From contig MU271412.1 in NCBI GenBank assembly GCA_021432655.1, forward strand, positions 50,068-70,067: a DNA stretch of 20,000 bases, read 5' to 3'. Source of the stretch: Atractiella rhizophila. Lineage: Eukaryota. Positions 1 through 9,771 of the stretch are shown here, in pieces (the stretch's first letter is position 1; the number at the start of each line of letters is the position of its first letter). The notes below the pieces were generated by a model, which made no database searches, was not told the DNA's origin, and was given only the letters and a program-made list of their open reading frames with translations. The position numbers and the translations under genes are program-made.

Positions 1-1503
1 CCCCTCTCTGGCGTGGCAGTTTGCCAAACCTCAACCACTTCGAACTTTTCGTTCCTCCAACCCAAGTCAAGCACTTTTTGCAAATGTTCCACCAGGTTAC
101 GCCTTGGTTAGATCTTGTTAAGATAATCATTGACATCGGTAACCCTGAAAATTTCACGATCCTTGACAAGGAGGAATTTGTGGATGGAGTTGTTGCAGAC
201 GTTGTCGAAGCATCCACGTGCAAACGACTCAACTGCAGTCGCTTAGTATTTCGTATACAATGCGCCGACTTTGATTTCGAGTTGAAACAACTGGCTACGT
301 CAGACTGGGAATCGGAGCACCAGCGGACCAGCGGACACTTAGCTTGGAGTTAAGGAAGAAGCTGCTGACTTTAATGGCTCGCAGCGCATTATGCAATGTA
401 TAATCAGATCAATAATCTCAACATGCTGACAACAGCGGACAAAAACAGTGACGGACGAGGACGGATGAAGATTAATCCTCCATGATTCCTTGAGCTTGAC
501 GTGAGACTATTCACAGAATGAGTTACCTTTAATCAGAGTCTTTCCAGCCGCGAGCAAAATAAACATGGGACTATGCCTTTCTTTCCTTCTCTCGTGCAGG
601 TGAGCCAGGAGGGCGAATCTTCCCCCTACCATGGTTCTCGTCTGCAGTTGCTGCATCCCGGTGTTCAGCACGCGGCTCTTCTCCACTTCCTGGCTCAAAT
701 GGGAGCGACTTTCTCCTCCCACTCCTGTACAAACTGTGTTAGAACAGCGGACCGTTCACTCACATAACTCCCATCACAATCGCCCTTCTCTTCCGTTACC
801 CAGCAGAACTAGTATTCACAACTCGTTTGTTACGAGTGCATTAAAGCAGGAGGTTCAATGAAGCAATGAAATCTAATCTGTTTCGGAGGCATGAGTGCGG
901 CGCTTAGATAGAAACCGCACCCGAATGGAAGAGGTCGCTGAAGCAATAACCTCTTTGGTAGGACCAGAGCGAAAGGGACTTTGCTTCAGTCTATGCAGCG
1001 TGGTATTCTATCGATTTCCGCCGAGATGTAATACGGCTGGGTCCCCAATGAGCTTATGTTTCTTTCCTGCGACGATTCTGCCCGATGTGCTTCATAACAA
1101 AATGGTCGTAACTGTTGGAGGATACCACAAAGGAACAAAGAGCAGTGATAGGGTACGACGAGAAAGCGAAGCGGAGGATTTAGAGCGAGATAGAGAGATT
1201 TAAAGATCTTGCAGGAAACCACGGAGTTGTCATCTAGTCGTTTATCTATTAATTCGGAAGCTTATGCGTGTTCTAGGATGATCTCGTAGGGGAACTACCA
1301 GGCCCGGATTGCGAGAGGTCCAACCATCCTGCATTTCCCCCGTAGCGATGTTGAGATGGGAGGTGGAAAAGTGGAGTATGTGCATGCAACAAAGGAGGAG
1401 AGCTGCATTTCTATAAGGGCAAGTTTTGGAGGAACAGTGTTACCTCGTATATTTAAATTATTGATACTACCTCCAATTGGTCCGATCTTACTTTACAAGG
1501 GTA

Positions 1504-1530
1504 GTTCAAGCAGTTCAAGTAGGGTTCAAG
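1504..1530 (+). repeat. Three short direct repeats of GTTCAAG about 190 nt upstream of the epoxide hydrolase ATG
   Basis: GTTCAAG at 1504-1510, 1513-1519 and 1524-1530. Function unknown; may be a promoter element or chance. Confidence 0.35.
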
Positions 1531-1712
1531 TTGTTGTTCCTTCCCGCGTTCGGGTAGAAATACCTTCAACATTGCGGCTCAAACAGAAGCGAAGAAGCCG
1601 GGGCGGTGAGGATGGGCAGTCGACGGACAGCTGAACTTGAGCAGCTTAAACTTGCCTGAACGCTTGTATAACATATCTTGGTGGTTGAAGTTGTGACTGG
1701 GAGCTCGTGCAG

Positions 1713-3654
1713 ATGGATCCTCAGACGTTTAATCACGCTTTCCACACTGTGAAGACGAGCGGGCATAGGTACCGTAAGTACTTCCTTTCTGGATGTGTGG
1801 TAGAGTGGGAATGGAGAAAGATTAGTCCATGCAATACTCTTGTTTGAAGGCAGACCAGCTTTCTGAGAATCCTGCGTTCCCGGAATTGAAACTCAACACT
1901 TTACGACCTCAAACTACCTTCCTATATTAATATGCATTTCTACTACTCGACTGTGGCTTTCGGAGTCCAAAGTGTCAACTTTCTTTGGGCTGTTCTACAT
2001 TCTCTTCTGCTTGTGACATGCTCTCACAGTCAGGTGTTATGACCCAAAAGCATGCCAGGATCCACAATTGCCTTCCTCCCAATTCTCAATCATTACAACA
2101 TAACGCTCATGACTGGTTACACAGATTACATTGACGAAAAGCCTGCTTCATATGACCCGAAGAAGCATCCCACTATCCTATGTTGTCACGGCTTCCCTGA
2201 GCTCATGACTGGTTACACAGATTACATTGACGAAAAGCCTGCTTCATATGACCCGAAGAAGCATCCCACTATCCTATGTTGTCACGGCTTCCCTGACCTG
2301 TACGCTTATTTCCTTCCCTACCTCGTGTTCACTGACCATTCATATTCGTGCAGGTGGTGGGGTTACCGCTATCAGATTCGACCCTTCGTAGAACAAGGCT
2401 GGAGGGTTATTGTCCCCGACCAACTGGGATATGGAGGAACCGTACGCCAGTCCTACATGGAGAACTTACAACGCGAATCTGACAAATGGACAGGATAAAC
2501 CGAAGGAGTTGGAGAAATACGGGTATAAGAGTATTGCGAGGGATTTGAAGGAGCTTTTGGAAGATGGTGCTGGTTTAGCGAAAGAGGACAAGATATTGAT
2601 TGTATGCCATGACTGGTACGCCGTCCCGGATCTATTTCATCCTGTTCGAACCTGAAATTATGCAAGGGGAGCAATAATAGGACAACGTTTCTGGCTCTAC
2701 TACCCAGACAAAGTCCAAGGCATCGTGTCGTTCGTCTTTTCATCTCGAGAGTATGCAACAGAAATGGATCAGGAATAGATAGCATCTGCGTTCCATTCAC
2801 CCCTGCCTCGTCAGCCGTGAAAGGAGACTTTGTACCTCTGGAAACAATGGTCAAGACTTCGGTGCCAACATTTGGGTATGTCCCTCCGCAAGGAATCTTC
2901 ACTATCTGACACTCGTACAAACAGCTATCAGCTCTTCTTCGCTTCGAAAGCAGGCACCGAACTCCTTGACAAGGCACCTGCCACCTTCCTCGCCCCCTCG
3001 TTCGGATTCGCGAGCCACAGCAATCAACCGCAAGAGAAGAGCGGACGGTGGGCTTATGAAGGCGAGATGGAAAAGAACACAAGGAAACAGTTGGCGATGG
3101 GAAGAGAGGAAATGATTCTGAAATCCGGAGTGTTGGATAAGGATCCGGTATGCAGCTATCTTCTTCCACTGCACGTCTTGGACTGGCCGCTCATTGGAGG
3201 AAGTAGGAGTTGAGATACTATTATGAAAATTTCAAGAAAGGTGGATTCGAATATCCTCTCAATTACTACAGGAACCGAGAGATCAACTGGGATGATGAGA
3301 AGAGTACGTTTACCTTCTCCATTTACAAACCTCGCTCATAGGTCACACAACTCAGATCTTCCCGTCTCGTTCCCTCCCATTGCACCGGCTCTCTTCATCT
3401 CTCCCACTCACGACGGTGCCTTGCCCCTCGGGCTGTCGAAGGCCAAATCGATGTGGCGCGCTTTCCCATCCAAGAACCTGTGGTGGACAAAACTGTCGGA
3501 TGGAAGCGACCATTGGGCGCTCCAGGATCCGCGATTCAGGGATGAGTTAACGGACATCTTGATCAAGTGGAACAAGGGCGTATTGCAGGGAAAATGGAGG
3601 TCGAAGACTAATTTCTCAGAGGATAAGGACGGGAGGAGGGTAGCTAAGTTGTGA
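1713..3654 (+). CDS. Alpha/beta-hydrolase-fold (soluble-type) epoxide hydrolase, probably peroxisomal; 9 exons, 374 aa (406 aa if the duplicated exon copy is included)
   Basis: Exons 1713-1773, 2221(or 2125)-2299, 2354-2441, 2494-2615, 2667-2729, 2783-2875, 2925-3147, 3207-3303, 3356-3654; all GT-AG with consistent phases. Starts MDPQTFNHAFHTVKTSGHRYHYIDEKP. Motifs: HGFPDLWWGYRYQI (HGxP oxyanion), PDQLGYGGT, nucleophile CHDWG, lid tyrosines GYQ and NYYR, acid THD, catalytic DHW. C-terminal -AKL is a canonical PTS1. Confidence 0.92.
2105..2296 (+). repeat. Perfect 96-bp tandem duplication (2105-2200 and 2201-2296)
   Basis: The unit GCTCATGACTGGTTACACAGATTACATT...GGCTTCCCTGA occurs twice with no mismatch. 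It comprises the last 20 nt of intron 1 and the first 76 nt of exon 2. Confidence 0.98.
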
Positions 3655-4059
3655 GAAGTGGATGTGATCTTGGTATGATTGTGTCGTTAAAAGGAAATAC
3701 TTGGAATGCAGCGACAATCAGTTACGTTTCCCTGATTTCTTCGGGTTGAGGTGTCAAGTCGGTCCCTCTGCCCACTAACAGGGTCGGAGCGGAATGGAAA
3801 GGGTATGGAGGAGAGGGCCGCTCGGTCTTGGAAATATTGGGCAGACGAGCCAAAAGAGTATATTCCATGCGAACATTCAGGAACGAGGGTAAAGAACGGC
3901 AACAGGATGTTGAACATTGAATATTGAGCAACTTGAATAACGTGTGTGTTCGACCATCGAGATGGGTTTGGAGGACAAAGAGACGATACACGGGTGAACA
4001 GCATTGAAAAGTCCAAGTCTTGAGTGGCACCAGAACGAAATGTAAACAGCGACCCCCTT

Positions 4060-4241
4060 TCACTCCTTCCAAGGGCGAGGAGTACCGACCCACAGAACGC
4101 TGACTTCGTCATCGTCTCCCCGTTTCTCCTGCAAAAGTGTCATTGTCTCTCCCTTGCGAAAATATGAAGACGTACTTGGGGGATGACAAGGGCACTGACG
4201 GCCACGAGAACGGTGGTGAAGAGAACGAGTGAGAACTTCAT
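4060..4241 (-). CDS. Small secreted prepro-protein (signal peptide plus Kex2 KR site); minimal model 44 aa, possibly spliced further toward 3687
   Basis: Exon 4241-4176 encodes MKFSLVLFTTVLVAVSALVIPQ. A 47-nt phase-0 intron follows (4175-4129, GTACGT...TTTTGCAG). Exon 4128-4060 encodes EKRGDDDEVSVLWVGTPRPWKE*. The N-terminus is a typical n/h/c signal peptide ending V-S-A. The 3' structure is uncertain. Confidence 0.72.
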
Positions 4242-5012
4242 ATTACTCTTTGATCAATCAAGTCAGATGGGCAGCACATGGCAGCGATAAGACCTACGAC
4301 GATGGATTGTTCTCTGCTAACGCTTAGCTTCGAAGATCTCGAGATGGGGCGATCAATTTGGAGGGGCTTCCTTTTTATGGTCGCCCAGTTCCAAGGTGCA
4401 TTCCGTGACAGCTGAGCTTCTTCGATGCCAGGATTTACTTGGCGCCTCCAGATTCTGAATTCCATCTGAAAGTGTTCAATCTCAGGACCTCGTTTGTATT
4501 GACCCTGAACATTTTGAATGTTGGGGAATTACAGGAATAATTTCAGGCAGCAGCTGATGATGAAGGAAGATCACAGGAATAATGTCTGAAATAGAAAAAT
4601 GGCTGTTCTTCAGACGTTCCTTGATTAGAACAATTGTTTCCATTTACTCGGCGTGTTCGGAGCCCACCGAACTAGATTAAATAGTACTGTAATTGTAGCG
4701 CCTCCTGCTGAAGCGCTGGAACAATCTTTGCTGTGATTGCGTGTCATGCATGGAGCTCAGTTTCTGAGAGTGAACTTGAAGTCGGCGCAAGATCTTCCCT
4801 TCCCTTCCCAATCAACAAGTTACCGTGCCAGGGGATGGTCTCCCCGCTTCGATGACCAAGCAATAAGCAACAGCTCCACCGGCCCAAGCAGAATCATCTC
4901 CTCCTGTGGTCTAAATAAAAGGCACCCTCTCAATATTCCTACCTAGGTCACCCATTTACCTACTAGTGCTCATCAAACAGCTCGGAGAACAGAACAGCTC
5001 GACGCAAACTGA

Positions 5013-5607
5013 ATGGAGGATCCCAAAACCTATCCCCGCCCTCCTAAGCTCGATCCATCTAGCAAGAGAGTACGAGTTGTATGGCATGGCAATGGAGAAG
5101 CTGAAGAAGTCGTCATCGTAGACACAACTCGAGCCGTTAGAGTGCTGGAGACGAACCATCCGCCAGCGTGGTACCTTCCTCCAGAAGATGTGAAGATGGA
5201 CCTCTTGAAAGTGCACGAGGACAAAACGACTCATTGTCCTGTGAGCTCTCCCTTCTGCACTGGCAACATAGATGATCAATCTGATTGCTGGACGCGTTCA
5301 GTGGAAGGGAGACGCGACTTATTATGACCTTGTGTTGCCTTCGTCCAACACACCGGCCGTTGAATCGCGCATCTGGAGCTACCACAATCCAATTCCAGAT
5401 TTCAAAGAGTTAAAAGGGTTCTTGGCTTTCTATCCCAGCTCTTCAAATCAAGGCAGCTCCGCTGGAGGCTGGAAAGCCTATGTCGATGACGAGGAGGTAC
5501 AGTCCCTTCGTCCTGCTTCGAAGAGAGTTTTGACCTAACGGCAGGTTCATGCTGAGGCGAACGAATACTACGGGGGCTGGTATACTCGAGATGTCATAAA
5601 GAATTGA
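5013..5607 (+). CDS. DUF427 (NTP_transf_9) family protein, 161 aa, 3 exons
   Basis: Exons 5013-5240, 5302-5496, 5545-5607 (GT-AG, phase 0). Family-typical YPRPPKL, RVLETNHPPAWYLPPEDV, THCPWKGDATYY, IWSYHNP, LAFYP and YYGGWYT. Confidence 0.92.
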
Positions 5608-5880
5608 AATAGTTTCTGTTTGACTGCAGAAAGCTGCCTGACGCTGATTGATTTGATCCGCTTTGAATTGGAATTATCCCAATCCCGATTGTAACTATTA
5701 TCCATGTAATGTTAACGCTCTGTGTTCCAACGCGTATCCCTGCCAGCATCCAGCGGTGACAGTACAAGCAACAGCCAGAGTCTCAACCGTCGCTTCCACC
5801 ATCCTATTGCCGATACAAGCCGATAGAAGAATCCCAATGACGACACCGTTTTCTGACATTACAGGACATTAGACAGCTGT

Positions 5881-5887
5881 TATAAAG
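5881..5887 (+). promoter_or_regulatory. Putative TATA box of the GT8 gene
   Basis: TATAAAG starts 77 nt upstream of ATG 5958 and is followed by a pyrimidine-rich stretch. Confidence 0.45.
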
Positions 5888-5957
5888 GACGCACCTCCCA
5901 CTATCCTCTCTGTCTTAACACGTCATCTAATTAGCTAAGACACAATCGCAAATCAAC

Positions 5958-7253
5958 ATGTCAGACAAACAAAGTGTATGGGCCGTTCTCGTGACCCAGG
6001 TACGTTCCATGAAAATGTCGAGCCATTGCTGAGAGCGGAAGAGTAGGAATCGTACATCCCCGGAGTTTTGGTCTTACATCACTCGCTGAAGGAGCAGAAG
6101 ACGGTCTATCCCCTCGTGGTTCACGCACTTGCCAAGTTGCCACAGAAAGCGAGGGATGTACTTCAAATTGCAGGGATTGAGGTCATCGACGAGGAACCTG
6201 TTTTGCCTGTCCGTCAAACACCTCCCACCAAGTTAACTTTCTGACGAAGGCCACGTCAGGGCGGGAAGAACGCTCACAAGATCAACAACCTGTTCCGTCC
6301 TCGATTCGCAGATGCATACTCGAAGTTGAAGCAAGTGTCCTGGGACCAATACGCCGTATGTTTCTCCAACCTTCCGTCGAAAGACTTGACATCCAATATT
6401 GACAAGGAGCGGAGATAGCGTGTTGTAAGCCTCGACGCCGACATGCTGGCCCTTCAAAGCATTGACGAGCTCATGACCCTCCCCCTCGAGAAGGACCAAA
6501 TCGCCGCTGCTCCCGATTGCACCTGTAACTTCAATAAACACGAAGAGTTCCCGAGCGATTGGCAAGTTCTTTCTTATGTTACGCCAGCGCTGCGACATGG
6601 TACTAATTAGAGGGAATGCGAAGGACACCAACCAACTGTGCTTATGCTCAACCGCAGCCCCTTGTCTTGACGGCGGATTCTCACAGGTAGACAAATCCTC
6701 CAGCTGCTCTAGTAAACAACTGGTGATAACCCTCTTTTTCGCAGAAATCACCACATTTTCAACAGTGGCTGCACAGTCTACACGCCATCGAAGGAAGGAT
6801 GGGAGAAGTTGAAGGATCGTCTGGACAACGACGATACTGTTCCAGATCTCATATTCGGGGATCAAGGCATATTCATTCTTTCTGCCTTAGCAATGAATGG
6901 CTGACTGAAGTATATTTGGATAGAGTTCCTCCGGTTCCACTACCGCGGAAGATATGTCCCTCTCCCCTGGCAATACAATGCCTTGAAAACTCTATCCTTC
7001 ACTCATCCTGAGGTATTCAACCTGCAAGAAGTCAAGATTCTGCATTATACAATGGACAAGGTTTGCCCTCTCCCCGTCCACAGGTATTCGAAGTTGATGA
7101 AGGGAGTAGCCTTGGGAGAGAAGACACCCTGTCGATCCAAGGCTGGAGAATCTGAATGTAATATGGAGAGAAGCTTATGCAAATTTTGAGAAAGATTGGA
7201 AGAAAGAAGGGAAAGGCATGTGGGAGTATATCGAGAGTTTGATTCACGAGTAG
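5958..7253 (+). CDS. Glycosyltransferase family 8 (glycogenin/galactinol-synthase-like fold), 302 aa, 8 exons
   Basis: Exons 5958-5999, 6047-6208, 6260-6355, 6419-6561, 6624-6686, 6745-6866, 6924-7060, 7110-7253. Motifs: WAVLVTQESYIPGVLVLHHSL, YSKL, DxD in RVVSLDADML, CTCN, FNSG, GDQEFL, LPWQYNALK, ILHYTMDKPW. Introns 4 and 6 need GC donors. No signal or TM segment is evident. Confidence 0.92.
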
Positions 7254-8603
7254 ATGATTGAAGAGGAAACATTGTCTTAGAAGTGTCTAGAAAGCTGGGA
7301 ATGCACGAACCTGTCTTTTTGTCTACAGTGGTTCTTCTACAGTGTTAATCAGAAACGGTCAGGGGAACGATCGATAAAACAAGCTCACAGAAGTAACCGC
7401 TTCCTTGACAGTTGACACAGGGCATAACATCAATGATAGCCATATCCCATCTTCCGTGGACCTCCACGAAGCACGAAGAGATTGACTACACACCTGCCCA
7501 CTAACTTCCTGTGCTGCCAGCATGGTCTAAGGGCGACCCACCTGGACGTCTCGTACTTTGGCTTTGGGAATTCGATCCAAATTCAACGAGCTTCCGGACG
7601 CCTCAAGTCAAGGTCCAAGCTGAACAAAAATCTGGTCCGCACGTGGCACGATCTCGATACGTCGCGTAGAATATCATTCAACGCTCCAGTCCCCGGGTCC
7701 CCACAGCTTCGACGTGCTCGACCATTAGTCCAATGCCCAAATGCCCTCTTCTTTCCAACTCCTTTCTTGCACATCAGTCACGATCCCATCTCTATCATTC
7801 CCTTTTTCCCTACCCTGTATTCTCCCTCAAAGATGTGAACGCAGCTGGTCAGGTAGCCGGAACGGCGAAGATACCGGTTCGAAGTGGAATTGACGGGTCT
7901 ATTGGTTGTGCCTAGTCCAGGATGAGGGATGAACAGATAGAGATTCATCCTCACCAAGGTAGGTTTTTCTTTTGAGTGTTGAGCCAAAAAGGGTGGATCC
8001 GAAGGAAGGAGTCTCCTTGGTGCTTACGGTTCCGTGCTTGATTGCTCGACTGAATGCTCAAGGTGAACTGCGAGTCTGAGGAGCATGAGGTACAATAACA
8101 TCAAAATCTCTCAGTAATACCAGCACCCGTCTTGCTTCCTGGGGAACTGAATCCTTCTTAGGACCTTAGTCACTATTGGCTTTGATGACTTCCGCTCACT
8201 TCCGTCAAATTACTCCGAGGTGACATTAAAGTCGATGCCTTATGGTGAATGTGATCTATATCTGTCACTCAAACTGGCTGAAAACTATGAGTACGCACTG
8301 CAATATGAGCTTGTGCTTTTCAGCAGAGGGGGAAGCGGGATGATCAAGACAACGGCGCCGTCTTCCCACTTCGTTCCGTTCACCTGCAGAAGGAAGTTTA
8401 CCTTCCTGCAAGTGTGCGGGGAGCCGAGAATGGTTGTATGGAAGACGTATTCAATGGATTGATGGGTCCAAGACCTCCGCCTTAAATGTGAAGCCATCCT
8501 GTGTTCAGAAGTTTTCGGATAAAATATTTCGCATGCTGTCCATCCGTCACAAGTTAAATATTGGTACAAAGTGGCTGGCATCCCATCTAAATTGAAGGCA
8601 GAA

Positions 8604-9154
8604 TCAGGCTGATGATAATCGAATGTGATGCATTCGTCCCTCAGAATCGAGGTCGTAGCGGGCAAAGACCCTGATCTCCTCTCTTGTCCCTACTGGCTTA
8701 TCCGTGTCCTTCGGCAGAATGTTACCTCGCCCTGTAAAAACGTATTCGTAAACAAGCTCAGCGGCGCATCCAGCTGCTCTATAGTCAAGTATCATCCACT
8801 GTTCAGCACGACTCAGTGATGTTCTTCAATAAAAGGAACTCGCACATTTACTGTTGCCGTGTGGCTCCAAGTAATGTTAAAGCTCTTCAAATGCTCGATG
8901 ATGACGTCTCTTCCAATGTATGTACGCTCTCCGCGTTGTTCTAGCGTTACTTGAGGGTTATAGAACCTCTAGGAATACGGGAACGTCAGCCGTCGGAGTG
9001 GCAGGTAACTTCCGCTCACCAGCCCCAGTTCGTCATACCTCTTTTCGTTGTAACAGTTGACATACTGGTAATAATCCTCCCTGGAGTGAATACCGACGCG
9101 ATGATCAGGGATAGTCTCGCCCAAAATGTCGTGGAAAGTTACTGGTCGTGTCAT
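8604..9154 (-). CDS. SnoaL-like / NTF2-fold protein (paralogue A), about 150 aa, 3 exons
   Basis: Exons 9154-9020, 8968-8846 (or 8852, an alternative in-frame donor) and 8798-8604. Protein: ...VGIHSREDYYQYVNCYNEKRYDELGL|RFYNPQVTLEQRGERTYIGRDVIIEHLKSFNITWSHTATVN|WMILDYRAAGCAAELVYEYVF...VFARYDLDSEGRMHHIRLSSA*. The helix (Y..Y...N), 'fy.pdv', 'GR..i' and terminal 'Y.ld.eGri..ir' pattern is typical of SnoaL-like domains. Confidence 0.82.
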
Positions 9155-9771
9155 TGAATGGAAGAAGTTGGTGCCACAGTAGTGTGTTCAAGTTAGCTGA
9201 ATTGAAGGTGGATGCTGATCAGCTTTTTGAAGCTCGGATTCGCTTGTCCGTTCAATGACCAATCTAATGGCCGTTTAGCCGTTGTTTGCTGTTTCCGCTT
9301 CTGACAGGAGATCAGATCAATCAGATCTTACATCCGTGACAGCGGGAGAAGCAGCTGTTGATCCTGTTGAGCAAGCATATTCTCTCCTGTCCACTTTTCG
9401 TCCGCACTCGTGATAAAACCAACACATTGGCAGTACCCCGGCTTATTTCAAATCACTCCTTATTGTACTATGGAGAATGAACGTTAATGAACTGGATACC
9501 GGCGTTTGGCCACTGCGATTCTTTAGAGTGTCCTTCTGTAGAATGTTCCCGTCCTCTCGATTTGAGATCAGAATAAACAGCAGAATAATTGTCTTGTTGT
9601 TGGTGACCTCATTCCATTAGACAACTGCCCAGAAGCACAGCCCTTAAGAATTTCAGAATTTTATATTACAGGTGGAACGCATTGCTCAATTATTCATGAT
9701 CGGCAAGAAAGGTACAACAACACTCTGAAAAACATGTTCCTTTTTACGAAGAAGTTCGCAAATCGTTCCGT

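Noticed and set aside
507..1634. Several 60-100 aa ORFs on both strands, including an intron-like GTGAGT...CTAAC...TACAG near 726-764 on the minus strand
   Set aside because: No recognisable domain and no consistent spliced model could be built.
2052..2124. ATG 2052 or 2109 as the start of the epoxide hydrolase
   Set aside because: These lie in intron 1. The family-typical N-terminus (MDPQTFNH...GHRYH) is at 1713-1773 with a GTAAGT donor in the correct phase.
2453..3169. 238-aa minus-strand ORF
   Set aside because: Antisense shadow of the epoxide hydrolase exons; no recognisable motifs.
4531..4590. TGATGA...CTGA box C/D-like pair and the 11-nt direct repeat ACAGGAATAAT (4531, 4573)
   Set aside because: The boxes span only about 35 nt, too short for a snoRNA. 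The repeat occurs just twice and could be chance.
6233..6865. 210-aa minus-strand ORF
   Set aside because: Antisense shadow of the GT8 gene.
8188..8199. 12-mer GTGAGCGGAAGT (minus) identical to the first intron donor of SnoaL paralogue A, suggesting a third paralogue
   Set aside because: Flanking frames have stops and no SnoaL-like sequence; treated as coincidence.
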